A stretch of 64,000 bases of DNA from Leucoraja ocellata (Eukaryota), in contig JAWMAR010000061.1 of NCBI GenBank assembly GCA_036785375.1, forward strand, positions 9,238,001 to 9,302,000, given 5' to 3'. The notes below the pieces were generated by a model. The model was not told the DNA's origin, searched no databases, and worked only from the letters and a program-made list of their open reading frames with translations. Shown piece by piece: positions 28,701 to 39,022 of the stretch. The position numbers and the translations under genes were made by a program. Position 1 is the first letter of the stretch; each line of letters starts with the position of its first letter.

Positions 28701-31700
28701 GCTTTTGTTCAATGTTTTTGAAACATAGAAAATAAGTGTAGGAGTAGGTCATTCGGCCCTTTGAGCCAGCACCGCCATTCAATATGATCATGGCTGATCA
28801 TCCAAAATCAGTACCCCGTTCCTGCTTTTTCCTCATATCCCTTGATAATGTTAGCCCTAAGAGCTAAATATAACTCTTGAATTGAGTAACATGTCTCTTG
28901 AATATGGTAACATATCTTTTGTGAAAGGGCAGCACTTCCAGCTATAGGTGCGATGAGCACCAGCTTGGATGGTGAGCTCGGCTCTGAGTGCATATTGATT
29001 GACTTACTGATGGCATCAATTACCATTTTCATAAGATGGTCAAACTCTGCACGATTTGACTTTAGGCGTAAACGTGGGTAGTGTAGATGGGGCGTCTTGG
29101 TCGACATGGGCAAGTTGGGCTGAAGGGCCACTTTCCATGCTGTACAATCACCCCCTCATCTCTAAGGGGAGACACTCATTCCCCGCCTCTTAATCCTGAC
29201 ATTCTTGCAATCTTAGGATAAGCAAGAATTTTACATTGCTCCCTTTTCCCCTCCTAATGTCTTTATATTCTCTCTGATACACTCTATTTGAGACTCCCTC
29301 AATCCCATTTACCTCCACCTGCTGTGTGTTTCACTCACTCACCGAGCGACTGCTTGTACTTTATCCTTACAATAAAATGTTCGAATCAAAGCAAAGTATA
29401 TTTTGTTGGTTGTAAATTGTGTGGCTGGAATATGAGTATGGAAAATGAGAGATTGGCTCGTGACTTTGCTAAAAGTCGCCTCATTCACTCAGTACGACAT
29501 GGGGGGAATCTTGTGTGTTGGTGAAACCTCCTGATCGGGATGGGCTGGTTTGCTACACATGAGGGAGGAGCAGGCATTTCAGTCAGCTGCTTACGATGCC
29601 GTTCTGTAGCCAGCAGAGAGGGTTAGCATAAGCATGATGGGCCAAATAGTTTCCTGTGCATGATCACTTTGATCCTTCATGAGCTGTGGTTAACTCTTAT
29701 TTGCTCTTCTTTGCAGTGAGTTCGATGCCACAGGATATGCCTAGTGTCCTACAACTGAAGCCTGAAATGCCTCAAATCAAATCCCAGGCTCTGAGGCCCA
29801 CTGCTCGAGAGGAACCTTCTCATTCAAATTTTTACCTTCCGAAAACCTTCCCTGTTTCTGACAGAGCCCCTGTGAATGGGATGGAGCAGCCTCAGAGGCA
29901 ACCTGCCACAGCATACAACCGCTTCACTCCAAAACCGTACACAAGTGCCGCACGGCCCTTTGAACGGAAATTTGAGAGCCCAAAATTTGATCACAACCTC
30001 CTGCCGAGTGATCCTCCACTACAGCCCAAGCCAGAGCCGCTGGTAAAAGCTCACGCCTCTCCACAGCACATTGACTTCGACAGTGGCACAGACACATTCC
30101 CCAGGTCGTCGGACCACAGGCTGAAGTATCAGACAAACAATATCCACCCTGTCCCTAAAGCAGTCCCTATCAGGTGAGTGGCTTCAATTAACATGAAGTA
30201 TTTTATGATATTGAGTGTTTGAAGCTTGTTTTGGAACCTGTTTTGTTGCAGAGCCTATAATCAAAGTGTCAGATCATCAGGTGGATTCTGTTGTTGAAAG
30301 AACTGAGCTCGCCCAGACTAGGCCAGGGCTAAGCGAGCGGCGTAACAAATGCTTAGCAGCTTAGGAACATTGACCAGCACAGGAATGTTCCTCTATGTGT
30401 CCACCACAGTGCCAATTCAACTACCATCATTGTTCACGGCCCAAAAATAAGTATTTTTTATCCCTCTCCTTTTTTGTCAGACTGAGTGAGAACTTGTGAG
30501 TTCCCCAGATCCTGCCCTATCCCTTTGTTGATTTGGTCTTCCTGTTGGTCCTGTGGTACAGAGTGAGCAGGTGACCCTGCAGCCACACATAACGTGCTGT
30601 AACGGTGAGGGTTCAGGTGGGGCAGCATCAGTGGTGGGAGAAGTGATTCATAGTTCAGGGCATTGTGTGTCACAGCAGTACGGTCTGACGCCCTTGCTCT
30701 TTCTCAGTCCCAGTGCGTTGGAGGATGATGAGGATGATGATGGCCACACGGTGGTGGCGACTGCCCGCGGCATTTTCGACAGTAATGGAGGAGTGCTGAG
30801 CTCCGTGGAGACTGGCGTCAGCATCATCGTCCCAAAGGGAGCCATTTCTGAAGGAGTGGAGCAGGAAATCTACTTCAAGGTCTGCAGAGATAACAGCATC
30901 CTCCCACCTCTGGACAAGGAGAAAGGTTTGCACCACTTTCCTTCCTGCAATGTTCAATAAGGGTTTAATTAGTGTCCTGCCTTGAGCGTTGTGAAGTAAC
31001 TCGGCAGTGTCCGAGCTTGCTGTCCTATCACTGGCTCGGGGCCACTTGGCCGACATTTCAGCCAAACCTGAATGAAGCAATTTGTTGGGCTTGTCCAAGC
31101 AAGTAGAGGCAGCCAATGTAATAGCACTACCTGCTGCTGCAATGGGACGCCAGCATCAATCAGGTCCTGTCCATGTACAGGACAGTTTCCACGGCAACGC
31201 TGCCTGTTGTCGACTAATCACTAGTCCTGTACTGGAATAGTTTGGCTTGGGGTGGGATGTTTGAGCAGGGCTCTGTACTGCAGCACCTGGACTATTGTCT
31301 GGTCCATTTGCCTTCGCCTGTCCAAGGCTCTCAGCTCAGTCCTCGTGTAGTGTGAATCAAATTGTGGAGCTGGCGGGAGGAAACGACAGGATGGCGATTC
31401 GGGCACAAGCCGTGTCAGGGTCACGTTCCCTCCCTCTGCCTCCGCTGTCCACCTTCCACTGTTCCACCTTCACTAGCTTTTGTTTTGGATTTGGGCCATT
31501 GTGTCCTCATGTCAACTGTGCTAACTCTTTCCACTCCAGGTGAAACACTTCTGAGCCCGCTGGTAATGTGTGGACCACACGGCTTGAAGTTCCTGAAGCC
31601 CGTGGAGCTGCGGCTGCCCCACTGTGCGTCCATGACTCCAGATGGTTGGTCTTTTGTTCTAAAATCCTCTGACTCCTCGTCCGGTATGCTCCTATCTCTT

Positions 31701-34217
31701 CTTCTCCTCCCATTGCCCACCATTTTTACCCCGATTCAACTTCTCCCCAACCCACCTCTTACCCACCTCTTACCTCGTCCACTTCCCCCTAGCCACTCTC
31801 CCCCTCCCTTCTCCCCCCTCGCTACCCCCCTCTCTCTCCATACACTCCCCCCTCTCCATACACATCTCTCTTTCTCTCCCTACCCCATCTACCCCTTTCT
31901 CTCTTGCTCGCTTGCTCTCTACCCTATCTTTTTTCCTGCCCTCTCTCCCTTTCTTTCCCTGCTCCCTCTCCTCTCTCGCTCCCTATGGAGGTTAGCGGCA
32001 TGTAATGGTGCATTGCCTTTTCTGACTCTTGTCTCATTTGGAGTGTCATTATTTCACTCTTTAATTCTGTTTGCTTTAGAAAGAAAATCCATTCCAAAAA
32101 TATTGCATGCGTGTAATAATTAAACAGAAGGTGACGTCATTAATGTTTCCTGATTTTCACATTGAATTGATTCCTGGGAGGGAGGGACATTAAGCAGAAT
32201 CATCTGAAGTTCAGAAAACCAGGAGGCGACCTCAATAAGACTTACAAAGTTCTTTAAAGACTTAACGGGACAGATGCACATTTAACCTTTCCTTAGCCAG
32301 GATGTCTTGAAGTGAAATTGCAATCCCAAGATAAACAATCGATCATTCTTGGCGAGAAAACAGGCACCTTCTGTACCCAGTGCATAACGCCTGTTTAATA
32401 CTGAGCATTTTAACGCAGTAACTGGCATTTTGTTCCATGATATCAGTGCCAACGTAAACTAATCCCATCTACAATACGTGGTCAATATCCTCTATTATCC
32501 CCCTCACTCTTCACGTACCTGCCCAAATGTCCTATTGCTATCAGATCTGCTTCCACCACCTCCCCTGCAGCCCTGTTCTGGGCGCTCTGATTTAAAAATA
32601 AACATTTCCCCCTCACATCCTCTGTAAATGTTCCACCTTTCACCAAATCTATGCCTTCTGGTATTTGTAAACAAAACCATTTCTCAAGAAGCATATTCTG
32701 TATTTTCTACCCAGCATGTTTAGTAGCTCTGTATTCATGGTAGTGATTGTAGATTGGAGGATATTAAGGAAATCATGTCTAGGTGCAGCAAAGTGTTGAG
32801 CAAAATGATCAGCCATTACATTTGGTCGTTTGAGCAGCAGGTATGATGACATGGCCAATTGCTGCCACAGGATGCAGTCTCTGAATGTCCGTGCAAGTGA
32901 AGTGTGAGTGCTGCAGCTGATGTTACCTCCAGCATTTTGCTCGATCCCATCCACTTGGCTATTGTTTCTTTTTGCACAGCTTGGGAAATCGTACATCAGT
33001 GACTGGAGGATGGGGAAAATGGGAATAAGTAGCATAGTAGGTACAGAAAATTGCTGGAGAAACTCAGTGGGTGCAGCAGCATCTATGGAGCGAAGAAAAT
33101 AATAGGCGACGTTTCGGGCCGAAAGTAGCATGGTGTTCTGTTGGAGAGTTGGCAAGGACTTGATGGGTTGAAAAACCTTCCTCATTAGAGCACAGGTACA
33201 GGCTCTTCAGCCTAAGATGCCCCTGCCGACTAGACTGAGCCCATGCAAGAACGGTCCTCAGATTCACCGTGGTTAAATTAGCAAGGGCAAGGCAAGGGAG
33301 TGTGCTTGGGTGGGGAAACTGTTATACTTGCCAGCTCTGCAGATTTGTACGCAGGGAAAAGATCAGATAAACTTAGTGATTTTATTTTAAAACACTAAGG
33401 AAGATTTAACTGTGTGTGTGTGTGTGTGTGTAAAATTGCAGATCTAAACATAATAGGAAGATCCTATTGTCCTTGGGGGAGTTAAAGCAGGGGGCAGAGA
33501 CTGAGTGATTTTTGTGGGCATTAGAGGGAAGATAGGGGTGGTGATAGACTGATCCTCGTCTGAAGGGCTGGTGCTGAAACCCCAGCAAGTTGACAGTGTG
33601 ACACGAGTAGCTGGGTGTTGGGCACGGGTTGGTGGGGGGGGGGGCGATGGGACACACTGGGCTCCAGTGACAAGACACAACCTGCCCACAGGCTACATCC
33701 AGGGCCATAATAACAGGCAGATGTACACGCTGCCCCCTGGATAATTAATTCTCTTCTCTATCTGGTACTGATAAGTGTTTCATGTGGTCACCCCTTTTCC
33801 CTGGACTTCTCATTTTAGTCTAAGAATAAAAATAATATATTTTATTGTCATTGCACATAGGTGCAACGAGATTTGGTATACAGCTTCCATCCGATGTCAT
33901 TACTTAAACACTAATAAAATTTAGATACCACGAGTATCTAATGTGGATTAGATGGTCAGTCTGTTGTGGGAGAAGCATTGAAAGTTCAGCTCGCAGCTGA
34001 CAACTTGACAAGGATCTGTGTGTGGGATGGGATCCCTGCAGTGTTTGCTGCATCTAATCAATGTTCCACCGTTAAACCAGTCATGCTGCTGATTAACAAA
34101 GCTGTGCATTTATTTTTTTCAGGTGATCCTAAGAGCTGGCAGAACAAATCTCTCCCAGGAGACCCGAATTATCACGTGGGAACAAACTGCGTCTCGGTCC
34201 TGATTGACCACTTTTAA
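1688..34217 (+). CDS. TJP1: Tight junction protein ZO-1 (TJP1 or TJP1-like); 23 coding exons in window, 5' exons lie upstream of the window
   Basis: All introns are GT-AG and exon phases join into one open frame (4733 nt in window). The peptides match vertebrate ZO-1 PDZ2, PDZ3, SH3, GuK, the acidic U6 region and the ZU5 C-terminus (...CVSVLIDHF*). Among ZO proteins only ZO-1 has ZU5. Confidence 0.95.
2010..2549 (+). mobile_element. CR1-type LINE 3' end (young)
   Basis: RT C-terminal peptide [50 protein letters not shown]; (ttctatgt)n tail. Confidence 0.9.
2550..3348 (-). mobile_element. Non-autonomous about 800-bp GC-rich retroposon-like element inserted at the CR1 tail
   Basis: 5' end ccggaagtggcgg (on -), internal direct repeats of about 35 bp, and a 3' aatgacaataaa tail like the Rex-type fragments. 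Confidence 0.55.
4654..4822 (+). CDS. TJP1: TJP1 exon, PDZ2 C-half ([32 protein letters not shown]...)
   Basis: ttacag| ... |gtaagt, 169 nt. Confidence 0.95.
4935..5240 (-). mobile_element. tRNA-derived V-SINE (HE1-like) with CR1-type 3' tail
   Basis: A/B-box-like head (agtagagttgctgccttacagcgccagagatccaggtttgatcc), V-domain, tail gggcctgtttccgtgctatatctc. Confidence 0.8.
5459..5606 (+). CDS. TJP1: TJP1 exon ([30 protein letters not shown]...)
   Basis: gttag| ... |gtagac, 148 nt; RS-rich U2 region. Confidence 0.92.
7835..8025. mobile_element. Penelope-like/hammerhead-motif repeat, palindromic copy
   Basis: Inverted arms gtagacaaaaatgctggagaaactcagcggg / cccgctgaggttcttcagcatttttgtctac; minus-strand core at 7896-7929. 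Confidence 0.7.
9580..9838 (-). mobile_element. V-SINE (HE1-like)
   Basis: Homologous to 4935-5240. Confidence 0.75.
10846..11000 (+). CDS. TJP1: TJP1 exon (QRSREDD...AVSTPVK...EKQAPPLP)
   Basis: ttctcag| ... |gtctgc, 155 nt. Confidence 0.9.
11225..11550 (-). mobile_element. Rex/Babar-like LINE 3' fragment with internal tandem duplication
   Basis: ttattgtcac...gaaaagctttt...tgctatccagtcagc (shared with 55295-55375); cagctgggaagaaactgttcctgaat. Confidence 0.5.
11763..11868 (+). CDS. TJP1: TJP1 exon ([22 protein letters not shown]...)
   Basis: tctgcag| ... |gtaatt, 106 nt. Confidence 0.93.
12754..12904 (+). CDS. TJP1: TJP1 exon, PDZ3 ([30 protein letters not shown]...)
   Basis: tttcag| ... 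|gtgagg, 151 nt. Confidence 0.95.
13302..13410 (+). CDS. TJP1: TJP1 exon, PDZ3 C-half ([32 protein letters not shown])
   Basis: cacag| ... |gtgagc, 109 nt. Confidence 0.95.
13778..13997 (+). CDS. TJP1: TJP1 exon, SH3 ([26 protein letters not shown]...)
   Basis: ttccag| ... |gtgtgt, 220 nt. Confidence 0.95.
14310..14494 (+). CDS. TJP1: TJP1 exon, U5/HOOK (AEQLSSVQ...[11 protein letters not shown])
   Basis: actcag| ... |gtattg, 185 nt. Confidence 0.95.
15531..15626 (+). CDS. TJP1: TJP1 exon, GuK start ([21 protein letters not shown]...)
   Basis: ttcaag| ... |gtaagt, 96 nt. Confidence 0.93.
15957..16210. mobile_element. Penelope-like/hammerhead-motif repeat, full head-to-head palindrome
   Basis: About 120-bp imperfect inverted arms centred near 16085. 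Confidence 0.7.
16314..16396 (+). CDS. TJP1: TJP1 exon, GuK ([27 protein letters not shown])
   Basis: tcgcag| ... |gtaaga, 83 nt. Confidence 0.94.
16491..16701 (+). CDS. TJP1: TJP1 exon, GuK ([25 protein letters not shown]...)
   Basis: ttgtag| ... |gtgagt, 211 nt, after a 94-nt intron. Confidence 0.95.
17018..17315 (-). mobile_element. V-SINE (HE1-like)
   Basis: Homologous to 4935-5240. Confidence 0.8.
18234..18334 (+). CDS. TJP1: TJP1 exon, GuK end ([17 protein letters not shown]...VWVSEGK)
   Basis: ttacag| ... |gtatga, 101 nt. Confidence 0.95.
18415..18715 (-). mobile_element. V-SINE (HE1-like)
   Basis: Homologous to 4935-5240. Confidence 0.8.
19262..19357 (+). mobile_element. Penelope-like/hammerhead-motif repeat, single arm
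   Basis: cagtctaaagaaggctctcgacccgaaatgtcactcattccttctctccagagatgctgcc... Confidence 0.7.
19742..20083 (+). CDS. TJP1: TJP1 exon, acidic U6 region ([27 protein letters not shown]...)
   Basis: ctcatag| ... |gtgagt, 342 nt. Confidence 0.95.
20150..20520 (+). mobile_element. CR1 LINE reverse-transcriptase fragment
   Basis: [46 protein letters not shown]. Confidence 0.9.
21596..21865 (+). CDS. TJP1: TJP1 alpha-motif exon (alternatively spliced in mammals)
   Basis: tcacag| ... |gtacca, 270 nt, phase 0-0. KAD...LNNVRREE...LRDAEP...EPTK aligns with the human alpha exon (KAE...LTNVRLEE...LRDQEP...DPTK). Confidence 0.88.
23667..24560 (+). CDS. TJP1: TJP1 large Pro/Gln/Tyr-rich exon (...[21 protein letters not shown]...), actin-binding region
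   Basis: gtgtag| ... |gtaggt, 894 nt; contains (CAG)7 at 23784-23804. Confidence 0.92.
25305..25470. mobile_element. Penelope-like/hammerhead-motif repeat, palindromic copy (a second partial copy at 25050-25143)
   Basis: Inverted arms around 25400. Confidence 0.7.
25978..26090 (+). CDS. TJP1: TJP1 exon (SPEVAPKP...EKPPHLYR)
   Basis: ctttcag| ... |gtactg, 113 nt, phases fit neighbours. Confidence 0.85.
26769..26987 (+). CDS. TJP1: TJP1 exon ([24 protein letters not shown])
   Basis: ctgcag| ... |gtaagc, 219 nt. Confidence 0.9.
28038..28180 (+). CDS. TJP1: TJP1 exon (...SIAEKRYD...HPKVSPSE)
   Basis: ttcccag| ... |gtaggt, 143 nt, phase 2-1; EKRY motif shared with human. Confidence 0.82.
28720..28880 (-). 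mobile_element. CR1 LINE 3' end
   Basis: Reverse complement of the 2410-2549 tail ([10 protein letters not shown]; atgatcagccatgatcat). Confidence 0.8.
29717..30173 (+). CDS. TJP1: TJP1 exon ([26 protein letters not shown]...)
   Basis: ttgcag| ... |gtgagt, 457 nt. Confidence 0.94.
30708..30925 (+). CDS. TJP1: TJP1 exon, ZU5 start ([28 protein letters not shown]...)
   Basis: ttctcag| ... |gtttgc, 218 nt. Confidence 0.95.
31540..31683 (+). CDS. TJP1: TJP1 exon, ZU5 ([48 protein letters not shown])
   Basis: ctccag| ... |gtatgc, 144 nt; possible internal donor after 31623. Confidence 0.94.
34123..34217 (+). CDS. TJP1: TJP1 last coding exon ([31 protein letters not shown])
   Basis: tttttcag| acceptor, TAA stop. 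Confidence 0.95.
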
Positions 34218-34753
34218 AGGAGCCAGTGGGTGGCGGAGAGCAGTGCCAGTGGGTGACGGAGATTGAAGCAATAACTTCCTTTCACACAGTCGCATGAGGC
34301 TGCGTGATGACCTGAAATGCAAATATTCACATTCTAAGTGCTGTGAATGGAGTTGCAGGCAAGCTTGCAATGACCCAGTGTCTGAACTGTAACGTTTCCC
34401 CAGTTTCTGTTAACCAGCAGAGATGCCTTGGCATTAATAGCTATTATTTACAATACTAAATTGATTTTTCTATAACTTTGCAGCCTATACATGTTTATAT
34501 GGGTAACCATGTCCTGGTTTAAATGTAGAAGTTACATTTCTATGACCTTTAGTTATGAAGAGCAATTTGACGAGTGACCTGGTGGGTGTGGTCTGTGGCT
34601 GTACATAAACCCCAGTATCACCCTGACGCTCTGTTTGTAAATTAACATTTTTTATGTCTTATTTTGTATAAAACAAAACTGAAATCACTTTCTAAAGAGT
34701 ATCTTTATATTCTGCCAATATGGGGCCTTTTGAGCAGTTGTAAAATTTGGAGC

Positions 34754-34759
34754 AATAAA
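34754..34759 (+). terminator. Candidate proximal polyadenylation signal of TJP1 (AATAAA)
   Basis: AATAAA in AT-rich 3' UTR about 540 nt after the stop. Confidence 0.45.
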
Positions 34760-35099
34760 ATCAATACTGAGATTTAAAACAAAATCACTGAAGTTTTTGC
34801 AGCTTTGCATTAATGTTGCTGTGTTCTTTGAGGATGATGTTTGTGTAAAGGCACGGGTCCTTTATATTTGAGATAGTTGGCGTGCAGTGAGTGGGATCTT
34901 TGGGTAAAGTGGCAGGTCACTGTACTATGTGTCCCAAAGTGTATTTTTGTACTAATAGACAATATATTCTGGCACATCAGTACATGGCTTGCTGGAGATT
35001 CTAACACGGCATCTGTTAACCACTTCACCATTGATGTATGGCTGACTTGTTTTCTGAAGTTACTCAAACTACACCTTTCTAAATATACCACTATTATTG

Positions 35100-35105
35100 A
35101 ATAAA
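35100..35105 (+). terminator. Candidate distal polyadenylation signal of TJP1 (AATAAA)
   Basis: AATAAA followed by GT/T-rich sequence (gttgttgtcctttgcttgtct). Confidence 0.55.
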
Positions 35106-35959
35106 AACATTTTTAAGGTACTAAGTTGTTGTCCTTTGCTTGTCTGATGCTCCATTCATGTATTTCTTCCTGAAGGCACAGACTATTGCTGGAGAACGTT
35201 GGTGTGTGGAGGCCAGGCAGTGCCCAGGTGTCTGTGCTCAGTCAGAGCGCTGGGGCCAGTAAACCCAGGCTGCTGTTACTGCCGCAGTCAGTACAGTTTC
35301 AGTTCTGGCAGAAGATCAGGTACGCTGGTCTTTATTTCCTTGCACCTGAGCTAGCACACACTGGGAACCAGACTGTTATACTCTCGTCATTCACTCATTG
35401 GGATTTAGGAGTTCAAGTTGTTCTTCAGCTGCTGCAGTCCTGGGACATCCTCAACTGTTTAATGGGAATAGGCTTCTGCCATCGTGATGCATGGGCGTGT
35501 AACAAGTGATGCTTCTATGTTGAAAAGATAAGAAACCACTGGTCTAAATCAGTTGGCATAATTGACATGTATAGTAGTGAGAGCCCAGTTTATTCTGTCA
35601 TCTGTAAGTTATTCCAAGGGTTGCAGCTTCATCCGTTTCAGATTTCCAGCTTCTGCAGTTTATTATTTTTAATTTACTACTGAGTTTTCCACTTCTCGGT
35701 CAGGAAAGTCGACCTTAAAATTCTCCACCTAAAATGCTCGGGTAGCATTTTGCTTGTCAATTTGGCCTTGTTCAAACTTAGTGCATTCACTTTATCTCTG
35801 GGTTTTTGGTAAGTTGTTGACCAAAACTTACTTGGCAGCCACGTTTCTTTTCTTTACTGCTTCAGAACAGCTGAATTGATTGAATCCCGAGGGGTGTACT
35901 GCCCCAAGTGGAACAATGCAACTGTCATAGAAACACCCACCCTCTCCAGGCCTGGTGTC

Positions 35960-36560
35960 ACAGGTAGATCGGGTGGTCAGGATGGCTTTCAGCATATTGG
36001 CCTTCATCAGTTCGATCGAGCATTAAGTGTAGAGGTTGGGACGTTATGTTACCACATTTGGAGTATTATGTTTAGTTTTGGTCACCATGTTATAGGAAAG
36101 ATGTTGTCAAGCTGGAAATAATGCAGAGATTTTTGGGAATGTTTCCAGGATTGGATGCCTTTGGCTCTAGGTAGAGGTTGAGCAGGTTAGGACTTTATTC
36201 CTTGGAGCACAGGAGGATGAGGGTTGATCCATCAGAGGTGTACAAAATCGTGAGGAATAGATCAGGTAAATGCAGTCTTTTGCCTGGAACTCGAGGACAT
36301 GGGTTTAGGGTGAGGGGAGAAGATTTAGGAACCTGAGAGGTAACTTTCTCACACAGAGGGTGGTGGGTGTCTGGAACAAGCTGCCAGAGGAGGTAGTTGA
36401 GACGGGGACTATCGCAACATTTTAAAAACATTTAGCCAGGTACATGGATAGGAAAAATACAGGCAGGTGGGACTAGTGTAAATGGGGCATGTTGGTCAAC
36501 ATGGGCAAGTTGGGCTGAAGAGCCTGTTTCTGTGCGATCTGACCCTATGACTCTCACCGT
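35960..36560 (+). mobile_element. Degenerate CR1 LINE 3' part
   Basis: cacacagagggtggtgggtgtctggaacaagctgccagaggaggtagttgag... typical CR1 3' region. Confidence 0.7.
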
Positions 36561-38089
36561 TGGCATATTAAGTCTATAGTCCCAGTTGCTTGCTTTTGGC
36601 CCATAGCTCTCTACCCATCCTATCCATATATTTGTCCAAATGTCTTTTAATAATATTTCTTGTGATGCTATTGAAGGCACAGCAGGGGGAGGGGGGGATA
36701 CACATTAGAGGCAATTTACTGTGCCAGTTAATCTACAAACCTCTATGTCTTTGGGATGTCCTAACAAGTCTGTGCCCCTTTGTGTTGAGTCGAGGGACCC
36801 CAGATTATCAGCCTCTGCCAGCTCCTCCCTGTTTGACTCAGACAAGGGCAGCTCAGGGGGCTTTGCCCTGTTGTAACTGGACTGATCCAGCTGTGGGTTC
36901 CTCCCTCTCACTGTTCTTCTCTGTTGATAACTGGTGTTAATTCTCTCAGTAATAATCTTATTCCATGACACTTTTTAATGTTGCTCCTGGTGGGAAGGAT
37001 GTGTGCGTGGTCAGGAAGCTTGCAGCAGGATGCTGGACAAGAGCACATTCATCCAGCTCATTGTTTCAGTTTTGGCCACTTGCCTTCCACGTAAGCCTGG
37101 TGTATATTTAGAGTTCTCTCTGTAGGACGGTAACCCTTTCACACTACTGATTTTGCCGGTGTTTTCCTTCTCTCTATTCCCCCACATCAGAGGCCTCCCC
37201 CCCCCCCCCCCCCCCCCCCCAAACTCCTTGCCTCACCTCAACACCACAACCTCTAGTCCTGCTAACTCCCTCCACGCATGCGTATACACAAACGTACTGA
37301 AATCCACCTGCTTTGTTAATGGTTGCAGCTGGTGCAGTAAAATGTTCAGCTGTTCTGTCGTTGCAGTTAATGCTGAAAGGATTCAGGGCACTGAGCTCCC
37401 CTGTACAAGCCCCGTCGGGAGTGTTATCCAGTAGAACATCATGGGCTGAACATTGGGCTGTGGGGAATCACAGCTGATCATGTAGCCGTTTGCAGACCAG
37501 ATGGTGGAAATCTGTTCACTGTTTGCTTGGTCTCACAACTCATCACAAAGGGACACACAGACTTGTTAGGCCATCCCAATGACATGTGGGTTTGTATGTT
37601 CATTGACTGTAAATTGCCCCCTAGTGTGTGGGATAATATAAAACTAGTGTGGACTTGGTGGGCTGAAGGGCTTGCTGTATCTCTAAACTAAAGCACTACT
37701 TAACTAATGGTGACATGCAAGTAATAATGGAATCCAGCTACAGTTTCTTCAGAGGAAGTGTCGGGAAAAGAGCCCAGTGTCACCTAGCCGGCCCAAGGCA
37801 AGATTCCATTCACTCTTTGGTTACGGCACTGGAACAAATACACTTCCACTAAGACTGAAGACTGAGGCGCGATGGGCATAATGTGGTCAATATGGGGCAT
37901 GTCAGGAGCAAACTTGGACAAGAGGTAGGTTCATCATTAATGGTGTGCTGGTCTGGCCTCTCAGCAACTCTCCCGACAGATGAGTATTCAAGATCATATG
38001 AAGACCTTTCCCATTAGCTGGTGGGAAGACTGATTTTCCTGGACAGTTTCAGTGCCAGGAATGGGGAGATCACCAGACATTGTTGCAAT

Positions 38090-38670
38090 TACAAAGAAAG
38101 CTCATCAAGGCTTTGACTTCCTCAGAAGTTTGAGGAGATTTGGCATGTCGCCCAAGTCTCTGGAACTTTTTTTAATCTGTGTACGATAGGAAGCAGATTG
38201 ACCAGTTGCATCGCAGCCTAGTTTTGTAACTCAAAACACCCAGAAACAAAGGTTGTTGCAGAAACCTGTAGACGCTGCCCAGTCCATCACAGATATTGAC
38301 CTCTCCACCACTGAAGGGATCTATAGAGAGCAAATCCTCTAGAAGTAGTTTGTATCAGGAAATACCCACAGCACATTGGCCATTCTCTCATCTTACTGCT
38401 ACCAATGAGAAGCTACAGGAGCCCAAGAATAGTGATGTCTGGGTCCAATCACCCATCAGACTTGAACGACATTGCACATTGAACAGTGCCTTGAACCACC
38501 CAGGAGGCTGCAGAACTGGTTGACATTGCCCAGTCCCTCACAGATATTGACCACATCCATCTGACCTGATTGGTAATTTATCATATTATTGTATATTAGT
38601 TATTTTGTGTTTAATATGCCTGTAGCAAATAATAATCTCATTGTTCCAGCCCCAATGCATCCAACAATTA
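38090..38670 (+). mobile_element. Degenerate Rex/Babar-like LINE fragment
   Basis: aagaaagctcatcaagg..ttcctcagaagtttgaggagatttggcatg; gcccagtccatcacag duplicated. Confidence 0.5.
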
Positions 38671-39016
38671 CACTCTCTATTCTCTTGAAGTTACCTCAGA
38701 TCCAGTGTCTTGGGGGTGATGTGGAGAGGTCCTTTTGTGGGAGAACGTGGAGCAAGGGGTCATTGTTGTAAACAAGGGGTCAGCCCTTTCAGACAGGATG
38801 AGATGAGATGAGATGGGGTTCTGTGGAATTCTCTAACCGAGAGTCACGGAGCCGCTCCAGTGTTACTGCCGTTTCTGTGGCTGCAACAACCCTCAGGTTG
38901 ATTAGATTCTTCATGTTGCCCCCTCCCCCACACCCACCCCTCTTGCTCCCACCATGCCCCACTGCCACCAGTAATCACTCTAGATTTGTTCTAGTCACAT
39001 GTCAGCACCAACATCG

Positions 39017-39022
39017 TTTATT
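39017..39022 (-). terminator. Candidate APBA2 polyadenylation signal (AATAAA on -); a second one at 39720-39725
   Basis: tttatt on + about 780 nt past the stop. Confidence 0.4.

Noticed and set aside
31362-32123. 253-aa ORF as a separate gene
   Set aside because: It is the TJP1 ZU5 exon read through a pyrimidine-rich intron; only its last 14 codons are kept as a candidate exon.
33566-33578. REST/RE1 site
   Set aside because: Only a half-site (tggtgctgaa) is present; a similar half-site near 51257 is equally weak.
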